Assembly (NCBI GenBank): GCA_002269645.1
Contig: NIVC01001387.1
Span: 1-60,975, forward strand
From: Macrostomum lignano
Lineage: Eukaryota
Length of the DNA: 60,975 nt
Reading direction: 5' to 3'
Shown: positions 1 to 12,578 of the stretch, in pieces
Layout of the letters: each line of letters begins with the position of its first letter
Position numbering within the stretch: position 1 is the first letter of the stretch
The notes under the pieces: generated by a model
Databases searched by the model: none
Seen by the model: only the letters and a program-made list of their open reading frames with translations
What the model was told of the DNA's origin: nothing
Position numbers and translations under genes: made by a program

Positions 1-885
1 ACTTCAGTCAATTGAATTACAAAAATGGGGGACCAGCTCCGGATTAGTGGAGCGTTTAATGCTGTGCAGGGTTTCAAATGAAGACCATTGACACACCGCT
101 CTAGATCAGCCAGTTTGTAAACATTGCTTCCTTATTTTCAAGCAACTTATTTTCAAGTGCTACTGTATTTATTTGTTAATTAGAGTAATGGTCGCTATTA
201 GATATTTAGAATCAGGATTAAATCACAGGTCGTCCTCAATTACCTGTTTATTATCAATATTCATACGCCTTAATATGACTAATGGATCCAATATTTTTCT
301 GGAAATTTTGCACTTATTGATTGTAAAAAAACTGCAGTGCTAGTGACGACTACAGATTAGTTTTAGTGCGAGAATCAATCCATGGATGCGGAATAATTGC
401 TACACAGACATAACTTTCAAATCCTACTAAATCCTATTGTTTGGTGTCCTGTTAAAATATTGTGCAAACAATAAAGAGCTTGCAGCAGTAATAAGTCGAT
501 GACTCCATCAAAAGAAAGCAATTGCCAGTCTCAAGGTTCATCATCAACAGACGAGATGAGGTGATTCCTTCTTCTCAATCAGCTGAAAGGTGAGTGTGTT
601 AAGATTTATGAAGCGATTCATTTAATTTTCAAACCCTGTGCTAGGGGTCGCCAACATTTTCAGAGCAAGGGCCAAATAGCCAATTTTTTAAGGGCTCAGG
701 AGCCAATGACATAAAGAAGTGAAAAACTACACTTGCGTCATGTCGATCTGCAGACTATTTTCCAATTGATGATGATCAAAGCCTTAATCCCACCCTAAAT
801 TGAGATTTCGTCAACCCAAAACATGTCCTGTTCCTTCTCTTCTCACTCCAATCCCAATAACAACCACCCTCTCTGGAAAAATTCA

Positions 886-1062
886 TGTTGTACTTTGGCT
901 TTAAGCCTTCAATGTATCCATGGCTCATTGACGCTGAGCTCAGCTCTCAATTCATTTTATTTTTGTTCTTTTATAGCTTGGTCCGTTCGACCTCTTTATA
1001 TTAACATTTGTGCAGTCACGTAAATAAATTGTCTATGGAGAACTTTTGTTTCACCCACAGCA
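886..1062 (-). repeat. 3' LTR of the Gypsy element (177 bp)
   Basis: Direct repeat of 4479-4634, begins TG and ends CA on the minus strand, adjacent to the PPT. Confidence 0.9.
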
Positions 1063-4000
1063 CCTCCCTCTTCTACAGGGCGGTGCACGGTCTGAACTCG
1101 GGTACGATAAAACACGCGAGGCTTCAGTGCCAAGCGCTCGCTCCGCCTGGCGATGACCTTGGCGGACCTCCAGCCTCAGTGCTTGGCTGCTGTGGGTTCT
1201 CCATCTTCTTAGGTCCAACTGGTAGAACATTGTCTCGCAATGATGGAACCGCTCGATCGTCATCGCATCCAGTAGCAGCTTCACTGGGTTCAGGAGCTGT
1301 AGTTTTGAAGCTCTTTTGCGTCTCAGAAACCTCACCGACTCGAAGTTGATCGTAGTAAGCATTCAGACTGCGTCCCTCATTTGCAGTTACGATTACTATG
1401 TTGCTGCCAAGCGTTTTGGCGAATCGCAGTTTGTGGCTCGTGAGAATTCGATGCACGGTAGATAAGTGATTGTCCTGAGTTCCACTTGGACTGAGCCTTG
1501 CTCTCCGACATTGGCAGTCGGATTTTCCTGCCGTTCAGTAGCTCGGAAGGTGATGCATGCTGCTTCCCTTTGGCTGCTCTGTAGTACAATAGGAATCTGT
1601 CAATGCTCCTTTGCGAAAAACCGTTTGTTTTGATTGATTCCTTGACAGTCCTCACCATGCACTCTGCAATCCCGTTGCTCTGGGGATGGTAGGCGGGCGC
1701 TGTGATGTGCGCACAGCCAATCTGGGCAAGCCAGCCGGTCACGTCTTCACTAACAGAGCTGGGGCCATTATCAGATACGAGACACTTGGGCACACCCAAC
1801 TGTGAGAATAGTCTTCGAAGTCTTGTGATACTCGTAACTGTCTCGGCCTTCATGTCGTTTGTTATGAATACTTCGGGGTAGCTATTGTATCCACAACAAC
1901 GAGTAGGTATTTGCCTTCTATTGGGCCGGCGAAATCGATGTGTACTCGCTCCAGGGATTATCCGGTTCTGGCCACGAGTGTCTAAAGTTCTTTTTTCTGG
2001 CCTTGTAAGCGTTGCACACATTGCATCGCCCGATATACTCAGCGATATCACGGTCCATCTGTGGCCACCAGAACTGCTCTCTTAATATCGACTTCGACTT
2101 TTCAACTCCAAGGTGTGTAGAATGCACAGCTGCTAAGGCAGTTTCTCTCAAACAATCTGGTAGTACAATTCTGTCCTTTCTGTAGATAATTCCATCATTG
2201 ACTCAGGCATCTTGCACTTTTGAGTAGTTAAGCAGCATTGGATCTTCATTGAGGCTATTGTTGGCTACGGCAGCGCTCAGTCTTGTCGGGGTTGTCGGGC
2301 ACTAGTCGGGACAGCGCATCGGACTTCATGAGCTTAGACGGTCGGTATTGTATTTCATAGTCATAGGCGGCCAGGATGATTGCCCATCGCTGCAATCGAG
2401 CTGAAACTCTGATTGGCAACTCCTTGTCTGGTGCGAATATAAAAGTGAGTGGTCGGTGGTCGGTTATCAACGTGAACTTCCGGCCGTACAAGAACCGATG
2501 AAATCTTTGAATACGCCAAACCAATGCAAGGCCTTTCCGTTCTATTTGCGAATACTTTGTCTCAGCTTCAGACAATGTTTTGCTCATGTATAGCACGACT
2601 TGACCGCTTTGTGTCAACACTCCACCTAGAGCTCGCTGAGAACTGTCGCATTCCAGTTCAATTGGCTTCTCGGGGTCGAATATTTGGAGACTCGATTGAT
2701 CGGAGAGTGCAGCCTTGATTTCGTCGAATGCTCCCTGGCACTCGTTGTCCACACATAATCCTCATTTTTCTTCCTTAGCCGGTTGAGGGCTTGGTCAGTG
2801 CAGCTAAGTTTTTGATGAACTTTCCACTGAAGTTAACGAGACCCAGGAAGGACTCAAGTTCACTGATATTCTGTGGTGGTATAATGTCCTGAATTGCCTT
2901 CACTTTGGCTGGATCTAATTTCAGCTGATCTCCTTCCAGTAAATACCCCAGAAACTTGATTGACCTATTGCGGAATTCACTTTTCGCCATGTTGATCTTT
3001 AATCCTTGATGGTTCAGTCGGTGCAAGACTTCCTTCTCTCGACCTGCCAACTGATCTACGCTTTTGCTGCATATCAAGATGTCGTCCACATAGGCAATGA
3101 CACCAGGTATTCCTTGTAGGACTTGACTGATGTACCGCTGGAAGATCGCGGGTGCTGTCTTCACTCCAAACGGTAGCCTATTGAAGGCAAACATTCCAAA
3201 TGGTGTCGACATGACTGTGAACTCTTTAGAACTGTTATCCAATAGAATCTGGTGATAAGCCTTCTCTACGTCCAGACGAGTGTAGATCTGGCTGCCGGCC
3301 GCTGTTGCGATTACTTCATCAGGAGCAGGCATCGGATAAGAATCATTGACAAGGTGTGGGTTTATTGTCACTTTGTAGTCCACGCAAATTCTCAGCTTTC
3401 CCGATGGTGTCTTGATTACGACGATTGGTGAAGCCCATTCACTTCACCAATTCTCAATTTCAGTCCCTTCCGCCTCTACAAAACTGGTAGTCTTTGGTCG
3501 TGTTGCAGTTCTCCTGAACCGGCTATGAGTAGACGGACTTTTCGGGTGTCTTGGGCCCTCTTCCTAAACTATTCGACTTCGATCTGCACACAACAGCGAA
3601 GTGGTTCGGCATCCAACATTTGTTGCAGATCTTTCCTCACGCTCTGCTGGAGCCATGTGCTGTGCCGCATCTGCCACAGCCTGTTGAATGGGGGCTCTTG
3701 GCCATAGATGCTGAAATTTCATGACCTCTGCTGAGTGAGACTGACTTGTAGGGCAGCCCTTGAGGATTTTTGTTTGTGACAAGTTTTGGTGCGCTTCAGC
3801 GATGTGATAGTCGTGTCAAAGGTGAGATTGCTGAAATCCTGTTCCAAGAGCTTGCTGATTGTCACCTTATCGTTTAAACCGAACACTAGCTGGTCTCTTT
3901 GATTCGTCTCTGGCTGGGCCAAACTGACATTTGTCTGCTTGCATGCAGAGTTGCTGCGCATACTCACGGATGTTTGTTGATGTCGTGCGAGTGATGTGCT

Positions 4001-4478
4001 GAAAGTTAAATCTCTCAGCCATGACGAACGTCTTTGGTTCCAGGATGCTGGCCAGTAGTTTCACTATCTCTTCAAAGCTCTTTTCTCCCGGCTTCTTTGG
4101 AGCAGCTCGGTCTGCCAGGGCGTCATATATGTATAACTTTTTGCTGAGCTTTATGAGCAGCAGTTTGTTCTTCGTGTCCTCCTGCCAGCCGTTGAGTTCG
4201 CTGCACAGGGTGAATCGGTCCATCCACCTCTGAAAATTCGCAGTTTCATCAAGTTTATCGATTCCAACGTGCTGGCCTCTTGAGAACATTTTTGCTGTCG
4301 CATCTTGTGCGCTTGATTGCTCCGCTGTCGCAACTGCCGATTTTGCCACTTGTACAGATTTCGAGTAAATCGCTGGTGGTGCCGATTTCTCGCCAGCGGC
4401 TGTCTTACCAACTCGACCTTTGGATGGCGACTTTGCCGGACTTCCAGGCATTTCGGTAGCTGCTGCTTGCGATGCCAC

Positions 4479-4634
4479 TGTTGTACTTTGGCTTAAGCCT
4501 TCAATGTATCCATGGCTCATTGACGCTGAGCTCAGCTCTCAATTCATTTTATTTGTTCTTAACAGTTTGTTTCTTAACATTTGCACAGTCACGTAAATAA
4601 ATTTCTATGGGTAACTTTTGTTTCACCCACAACA
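4479..4634 (-). repeat. 5' LTR of the Gypsy element (156 bp)
   Basis: TGT..ACA ends, AATAAA inside, followed by a PBS-like GTGGCATC. Confidence 0.9.
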
Positions 4635-5196
4635 GTTCAGACCTGCAGCCCATCTACATTCTCCCACAGAAGGCCAACACAGATAGGGATGAGAAAGGTG
4701 GAAGCGAGAGAAAATGGAGTGAAAGCTCAGGGGGCGGATACAATGCTAGATCATCAAGGGCCTTAGGGGCAGGATTGGAAGCCCTTGGGCCGGAGGTTGC
4801 CGACCCCTGTGTTAGGTAGTAGGTTTTATGCTTGCGAGTTCCTATTTTGAATTTGGCAGTAGTGACTTTTTGAATTCGGAGAAGATATGAGAAAATAAAA
4901 CTGTAAATCTCCCTGAAAAAATATCGTCTGTGGGAAGTTAAACAGAGCGTTTCTGCTCTACAAAAGTGAACGAATCAATGTAGGAATAACTGAATAGATA
5001 TCTATAGATGTCTGCCAAAAAGCCACCCCTGTAGTTTTGGATTTTCCTAATTTTGAAATTTTGAGGATGTTTATAATCAGAAACGTTAAACGTTTTAATC
5101 AGCGCCTTGCTATCTGCACTCTACTCTACGACAAGCATTTACGGAAAATAAAATTCAGAACACTTAATCACTATAATTAAAAACAACTTCACTCAC

Positions 5197-8100
5197 AAAC
5201 GCGTAAATCAATCTCATAGGACAGTTCTCGTTTGCAGTTGTTCACAGCTTCGCAGTTGTATATGCCACTCATATTCTTTGTTAAGCTCACAAACTGTAGT
5301 GTTCCGAGCACCGTGTAACGGCCTACGGGTTCGCGCTCCGTAACCTCGTTGCTCTCCTCAACGCCGTTCCTTGGTAGGGAGGCCCAGTTCCGGCGCCAAT
5401 TGATGGTGGGTCGGTCCATGCCCCTTGCTATGCAGGTCATACTGATCGAGTCGCCAACTCTTTTCCGAAGAACCAATCGGGTTGTCGGCTCTAGAAGACG
5501 GAGACCTATATAAAGAAATTTGATAAATAAAAAGTATGAGCAGATCGGTCTGTGACTATTTAAACTTTTTCTCGTCGAACTTCAGCATTCACTCACATTG
5601 AGTTGGATCGCACATCAACTCATCGGTACCTCCATCGCAGTCATTTTCCTTGTCGCATTCATAGTTGCGCTGAATGCACTTGTCTGAACTTCTGGGACAG
5701 CACGTCTCCTCCGGTCGGCACCGTGTACAGGTGTTTTCTTTAACTAAATTGATAAGATGAGAGAAATGTATGTAAAGTCCGAAATGTTTTGTTAAACCTC
5801 CGATAAACGATAAGCTGAAGGCAAAGCGATCAATGTTCAGAAATACTCGTATTACCGAATCATGATTTCAACAATTTGGTAGTGCTAAAGAACTGATATT
5901 ACCCCTTACAGCAAAACTTAGAGTGAAGAGACAGGTTTTCATCATAGCCGTTGCCGCAGTCATCCTGGCCATCGCATAGCCAATGTTTGAGGACGCAACG
6001 CTTCGTCGGGCTCTGGCCATTGTGAGTCTCGCATTTCACCTCGTTTGGTTCGCATTCTACAGAGGTAGTTTTAGTTGGCTGTGTTATCGGCGTACTTTCA
6101 CAAACTTCAAATGGCTGGACTTCATAAATCTCAAACTCTACATTCCCTAATTTTCACAAGTCCAAAATTTTATAAAGTTTTCACTTTTTCTAGGTTTTTG
6201 TTTGCAGGCTCTTTCACAATCTCCAACTTTCACAGACCCAAAATATTATATTTGAAATTTTTTAGGTCATTTTATTTTCGAAGTTTTGGTTTTGAACTTT
6301 GGGGTTGTGAAATTGGGGTTTCCACAAACCTGTGTCAAGAACCTGCAGAAAAATCGGCGAAGTATAATTAGGGTTAATGATGATGTTTAAGGATGAGAAG
6401 TTTGGGGATGTGAAAATTAGGGATTGTGAAGTAAAGGCGTCCGCGATATTGAACTATATTCAGAGCCAGTCAAAGCCCTTATTAGTCATATTGGTCGTCA
6501 AAATGTATTACTTTTCAAAGTAGCGTTGAGACTTACGCCACTTCAAAAAGCCCCTAAAACTTACTATCACAGTTTTCGGGGGCCTCATCAGCACCATCGG
6601 AGCAATCAGCTTTCTTGTCGCACATTAGGCTCGCATCTTTGCAGGTCTGGTCGCACACGAACTGGGCCCCAGTGCAGAATTGCAAGTTGCTAGTGCTTGA
6701 GCTGTTGGTTATAAGTTTGATAATTTCAGTTTTAACGACACAAAATTTTGTAGACAATCAGAACGGCATTGAATTTTCTCGCTCGTAAGAGCCATACATT
6801 ATTGGAGTGAAATACAGAGACATTGGTGAAGGTACAAAGCATAGAATGGGATGGACGCTTTAAGTCCATTAACATGGAACATTTTACGAGTACGAAGCTC
6901 ATGACTCTAGCAGTGGTGTCCAATACGATTCTTGCAGCTACGCTAGTAGTTTTTGCACGATAGATTTGCTGAGATGAGCAATGCGGCAATATTTTGACAA
7001 AATATGCAAACATAAAACAGGAAAAACCTGAATGATCCTGTGATGCTAACTGATGTCCGGTAAAAGGCGGCAAAGTTATAATTACAGCGATAGTTCCCGT
7101 TGTCACTTGGCCCTGCGTTACGTAGAACATAGCGAAACACTGTTGGAGAAACGATTTCTTGGGACAGTGAAATTCGTTCATCATTTTTGAATATCGATAC
7201 TCCAGCTGGCTGAACATCTCGGTTAAAAGGAATTCCGTTAAAATGACACTCCAAGGTCACGTCGCGACCGCTGAGAAAAACTCGACGCGGAGGACTCTTC
7301 TCGCCTTCGACGTACAGATCCACCGACACTATAAGTGGGTAATATTGAGGTAGATATTTTTTAGAATTGAATCAGTGGAGTAATCTTTCTTTTAGTTTTG
7401 TGATAGGTCGTGCTAATCTTTCGTAGGTACTCTTGTACTTTTCGAAGGATAGGACATTACGCATAACGTTTGCACTAACATATTCAGTGGCAAGTACTTT
7501 TTTGTAAACAGTGAGCTCAAAATGTTTGTGTGTGTTGAAGGAATCTTGTTGAAGACTATTCAGAAATAATAAAAATATCTGACACCGAGTTTTCCTATAT
7601 TAATCTTTTGCATGATGGGTTTTAATTTGCATTTTTTATTTGCAAATTAAATTTGGCCGCTTTATTTCTTGCAATAAAGTTTAGAAATTACGAAAAGCAT
7701 TTAATTTTAATTTGCATTTAAACTAGTCTTTAGTTGAGCAGTCTCTACAAGCGTATTGCATACTAGTTAATGCTAGTTAAAAATAAGAATGCTTTACTAA
7801 CCATCAGGTGATCCGTTGCTGACAATGTTTGATCTTAACTCCTGTCCATCATATGTCGCAGTGCATATGTACTGAACGAAATTACGGATCTCCGGCGTTC
7901 GAGTTTGGTAGAAGCGGAAGCTGTTTACTGACGAACTCGAAGAAGGTAGTGACTTTATTGGCCACCAGAGCGACCCATTATTGCTTAACACGTACACTTT
8001 TGGTTGTTCACGAAAAGACCGGTCCCTCTCACAGCTTAGTATTTCGAATGAAGCACCACTCCTCTCGATTGAAAGGGCTAGAAAAGAAAATGGGATTCGC

Positions 8101-11100
8101 ATAAGAATGGTTTTTAGAGCCACTAAGTCTCATACTATGTTGCTCAGAAAGTTTGAATGCGCACCCAGAAAGGAACGTGGGCCCTCTGACTATTTTGCTC
8201 ATAGTATTGTAATTCGATATTTTCTCTCGAGAATATTGCACTCCGGTTTTTCCCAGAAATGCTTTGAAAATTTCAAAACAACTCCTTCCCAAGTACCCAA
8301 GCATGCTTCGTGCATCGGACTGTTCGTGTGTTAATTTCTGGGGGGGGGGTAATGGGTTTGTTTTCGCATGATGTAACGGTATTTAGTTCGCCACCTTTGT
8401 GACTGCTGGGGTTTGCTCACGTTTTTCATTATTTGTGCGTTATACTCACTTAGTTTGGGTAGTACCGTCTTGATGGTGGTGTAGTCACTGCTGCCGAAGA
8501 ATTTGCACACAAGCCTACAATCTTCCATGTCGCTTCGCTTAGTGAAGCTTATTGCAAGATTTCCTTGGCTGTCGAAGCTAGTTGTGAATCCCTCCACGCT
8601 AGTGCTGCCAGTTATCGTTAGGGGCGGCAGGCCGGTTCGGTAAAGAGTGAATGTGGCTTGTTCTTTCATTGACTTCTCTGGTAGTTCACACACAATATAG
8701 TTGTTCTGTGTCAAAGGATAAGAACTCTTGCTGTATTCTTTGATGATCACCTCTACAAATTGAAACAAAAGCCTTTCACTGAATCCTTTGTAAAATATGT
8801 TTGCCAATATTGCATCCGGCGGATGGCGGAATGGCGGCAGATCATTTTTTTAACTTACCACCATAGTTGACACTGATCTTAACGGCGTGATTGATATCAT
8901 CCTTGTCACACTTGTAGTAGCCAGAGTACTGTGGTGTCATGCGCTGAATGGTAAGCGTAGATAAGGTGGTGAGGTACTTTATCTCTAACGCAGGCGAGGC
9001 ATCTGCAAGCTGTGTGTAAACCTCTGAACCATCTCGCTTAAACATCCAAGTGGGGTGTTTGATAGCTGTGGTGGAACCGTTACCATGGCACTCCAGGGTT
9101 ATAGGTGCTTGGTAGCGAACATTGTATTGCAGCGGGGTGTTCTCGTAATTTGATGCACGTACAGGACCTAAAGGTAAGGAAGTTTTGTAAGGGGCCTCTC
9201 TATAACTGTGCACAAACTCTGCACGCTCTAATGTTTCAATATACCTACGTTCCAACTTAAGTTTCGTCAATAATCATCAAGATACCATCCGGTTAAGGTC
9301 CGGCTTCGGTTTTTCCGGTTCATCCGGGAAAAGCGTATGTTACAACGCAAAGAAACTTGTAGAGATGTATAGACAAACTGGACGAACCGTGCTGTAGATG
9401 ATGGACTCGTTTCTAGAGATACCGTACGCATATCTATTGCCCCCGATCTAAAGCATACGTGCTGAGAGTCACGGTGAGCAAATATATAACAACAACTTGG
9501 CTCGCTATCAGTGCGGCCCAAATGCAAAAGATATAACAAACCGGACGAAAAAGTTGTGTGCGTAAGCTTAACCTATACAATAGGTTAACCTAAATTACCT
9601 ATACAATTACCCCGATTTCAGCTATTGGTTTTCTGATATTGTAGCTGTGCTGCACCAGCCGCTTTGAATATCTGATGCATGCCAAATGAGTGCATTCCTA
9701 CCAGCTTAATTGTACTATTTTATGTATAACACTTTTGTCACCATAAAATTCATCAGAACCAGAGCTTAGTACGTACATCTTTCCATTTCCTTCAGCAATG
9801 AAAAATGGTCAAAGGTGCCTAATCGGGACAGATTCTCTTTATTCAGAACTCAAAAGTTCGTTTGACTAATGTTTAAAATTGAGCAGAGCTAATAATAGTC
9901 GCCCCAGCCGCAGTTCGAGTGATAAATTCATAAATTAATTAAATTTTTTCTGAGTCCACAGCTTGCTCTGTTTGAGCTACTCCGCCTGGGCTATGTATAG
10001 ATTAAATTGTTTGATTATTGGTGTCACAGAAATGGAACTACTTTTCGAAGCACATGAAATCTATATTCATTCGTCTCATGTAGGGACAAGTGAGAAACAT
10101 ACGAGTACGTACGTGGCGCGTACACGTACACGTACACGTACACGTACACGTACACGTACACGTACACGTACAATAATTCTTAGGATTGTGGGCCTCGGCG
10201 AAACACAACCAACGGCGAAGCAACCCTGCGCTTTCCGCAGACTTTGAGCATATATAATCAAGGGCAGGATCCTGTACGCAGGCACACACTCATACACGCT
10301 CACACAGGGTGTACAGCGGCTCCAACTTTCAAATCGTCAGTTCCACACTCTCTGTGCCTCTCATGGGTCTGATGGGTTGGCCCTCATGGGTCTAAATCGC
10401 ACGAGACCCCCGGCCAATTTTCCTGGCACAACCCCATATTAAACTGGCCGCGCACAGAATTGAACCAGGGGTCGTGGCGCGAGACTCTGAGACGGCGATT
10501 GCCACTGAGCTACTCTGCCCCAGATGAAAAACTTACGAATCTGGAGATTCTCAGAGTACATAGCCCAGTTGTATTGAATTTTTTCCGGGTTCCGTCGATT
10601 ATAGCACCTATATATGGTCATTCCATTTCCGTGCTCGCGTGATAGAGCCGTGTAGGTTAGGGATAGCATGCGGCCGGTAGAGTACCGTTCAAATAGGCCA
10701 GAATTATCACGGTAGCTGCGGGTTTTTAGAATTTCACCTTTTAATATTTCCCTCCGAGAGTATGATTCACAGAGTATGAACCTAAAATGCAAAAACCCAC
10801 GTAAAAACACCACAGGACAGTCGAACAGGGCAAAATGGCAGGGCAATTGCACTAGTGGAGGCGAGATTCCTTAGTAAATATCAGTTAAAAGTTTTATTGT
10901 TTAAATGATATGAATGAGTACACTTACAGCTCCCAGACAAGGTCACTGCTGTCCGCGGCAGGGATTCGGCAGTATGGTTCGAAAAGGTCTTCTCCGTGGC
11001 CAGTCCCAACGCGCTTTATGTCGCTATTCGGAATCTGTTCCGGGCGGGGCTCTGGAATAAAAAATGCATTTTAGATTTCAGCATCCAACAAACTTTAACA

Positions 11101-12578
11101 GCTCCTATATATGTACCATGTTTTAAAGTTAGATTCTCCAATAAAGTCTCCAACCTATTACATTCCATACAGCAAGAACCAGTACTATGTCATGCCAGAT
11201 GGCACCAGATGGCACAATGTTACTTAGTAAAAAGTCGGCTTTTCAAGTTTGACAATAAATAAAATTTCCTGGCAATGGTAAAGAAGCGCACGTTTTAATT
11301 ATTTTTTAACTTAAATGAATGCCAAAGAGTATTTATTGTGATGGGAGACACATTTAACAACACGAAAGTGTTCACAATAGATATAATTATTAGTTTTAGA
11401 TTGATTTTTTAATTATAACCGTGTAGTTGTAAGGTTTTTACAATCCTTTATCTCAGTAGTAAGTTTCAACTGATTGTCCCTGATCATCGCTTGCAGTGAC
11501 TAGATGGCTGGACGTCCATCTGCGCCAACCAAGCAAATTGGTTAGATGCTCTACTGGATCAGCCACTATTAGGCCTACCCGCTGTAACCTGTTTTTGAAC
11601 ACTTTCGTGTCGTTAAATGTGTCCCCCGTCACAATAAATACTACGCTTTGGCATTCATTTAAGTTGAAAAATAATTAAACGTGCGCTTCTTTACAATTGC
11701 CCATTTCCTTAATTTTTATTTACTATAAAACACTCGTATTTTTTAATTCGTCTTTTCGTCTTTCGCCTTTTTAGTAAGTATTTAATGACGATATAGTCTG
11801 TATATAACGAAGCACATGATATACTGTCCTGTCCGACATGCCTGTCATGTCTGTTCTGCGTCGTTGAACAGTATCAATTTGAACGGCTCAATAGAGACAA
11901 GAAGCTCATGCTGAACTTGAAAATTATGGACTCACTCTCGGTTAGAATAAGCGAATAGGCATTCACATTGCCGCCTTCAAGGTACAAGCAGTGATAGGCA
12001 CCCAGTCGCTCCCGACGCATTCGCTGAAGGTCCGTCAGATCGCCGCGAGTATAGCTGAGATCGACGGCAAATGTCGGTGTGCTACTCACATAGTTATTGC
12101 CCTCGCGGTTAGCAACTCCAATGAATGAGCCCTCGCGATTCGGACAGTTGAGCGACTTTGAACTGTCGGTGCTTATGTTGACTTGTACCAGGCTGTCACC
12201 TATGTAGCGCGTCACATTGGGTGGCCCCTGAGCTAATGTCTCAGTTGCAGAGAGTGCTAGGAGCAGCAGCAGCGCAGATTCCAGTGTCATTTTTCCTGTG
12301 CATCCGCTAAAAAAGGTTTATGCTTTTATATATTCAGGTAAAACTCTGAAAGGGGAAATTTTGCCGTACTACCTATTTGACTTTTTTGGTTAGTCCATAG
12401 CCAGAATTCTTAAATCTAGACGACAAAATAAACTGAAACGCACTATAGTTTATTGGTGTTCTATGCGTTTTTAACACTATAAACGCCATAAACACTATAT
12501 ATAACAATATATTTTTTACATGTAATCACTGTAAAACAATCGTTTTACTATGGTCAACCATTAAACTCACCTCGCCAT
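5197..12578 (-). CDS. HSPG2: Perlecan-like (HSPG2/unc-52/trol) protein, 5' part: signal peptide, several divergent Ig-like domains, three LDLa repeats, one Ig domain
   Basis: Exons with GT-AG borders read by eye: 12571-12578 (tentative ATG exon), 11936-12306, 10928-11051, 10537-10781, about 8859-9391, 8450-8752, 7802-8077, about 7030-7328, about 6565-6750, 5910-6056, 5597-5743, 5197-5505. LDLa motifs are [33 protein letters not shown] and [13 protein letters not shown]. The following Ig ([17 protein letters not shown]) resembles the perlecan Ig after domain II. Structure between 6750 and 7030 is unresolved, and there is an apparent 1-nt frameshift near 9270. Confidence 0.7.
10121..10519 (-). 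mobile_element. tRNA-derived SINE with a (CGTGTA)n tail, in an intron of the perlecan-like gene
   Basis: Minus-strand head has an A box (TAGCTCAGTGG) and a B box (GGTTCAATTCT), followed by a body of about 270 bp and about 8.5 copies of a hexamer tail (10121-10172). Confidence 0.7.
11271..11701. mobile_element. MITE with TIRs of about 110 bp
   Basis: 11271-11380 is the reverse complement of about 11595-11701 (GGCAATGGTAAAGAAGCGCACG..). Flanks AATTTCCT/CATTTCCT form a 7-8 bp TSD. Confidence 0.8.

Larger units (their letters stand above)
886..4634 (-). mobile_element. Ty3/Gypsy LTR retrotransposon, degenerate (protease region deleted, several frameshifts)
   Basis: TG..CA LTRs at 4479-4634 and 886-1062. 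Polypurine tract AGAAGAGGGAGG (1063-1074). Near-TSD ATTCA/GTTCA. gag-like region from ATG 4451 to about 3560. RT (WASPIVV..KLRICVDY, MPFG, YVDD) about 3440-2775. RNase H (ECDSSQRALGG, TDHRPL) 2752-2255. Integrase (H..HLG, SDNGP, HPQSNGIAE) 2151-1377. Confidence 0.95.
642..4809. mobile_element. hAT (Charlie/MER58-like) MITE of about 410 bp, split by the Gypsy insertion
   Basis: Left end TAGGGGTCGCCAAC..AAGGGCCAAATAG (642) and right end GGGCCGGAGGTTGCCGACCCCTG (to 4809) are inverted and resemble the two ends of MER58-type hAT MITEs. The TSD is ambiguous: TGTGCTAG (637-644) and TGTGTTAG (4808-4815) overlap the TIR ends. Confidence 0.65.

Noticed and set aside
480-600. Further perlecan exon or a plus-strand exon ending AAG|GTGAGT
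   Set aside because: All frames on both strands hit stops within a short distance, and there are no recognisable motifs
9963-10303. ORFs with RTRT, CTCT or VRVR runs
   Set aside because: Translations of the SINE hexamer tail
10445-10519. Functional tRNA gene
   Set aside because: A and B boxes are present, but the acceptor stem has mismatches and no clear anticodon arm forms; it is treated as a SINE head
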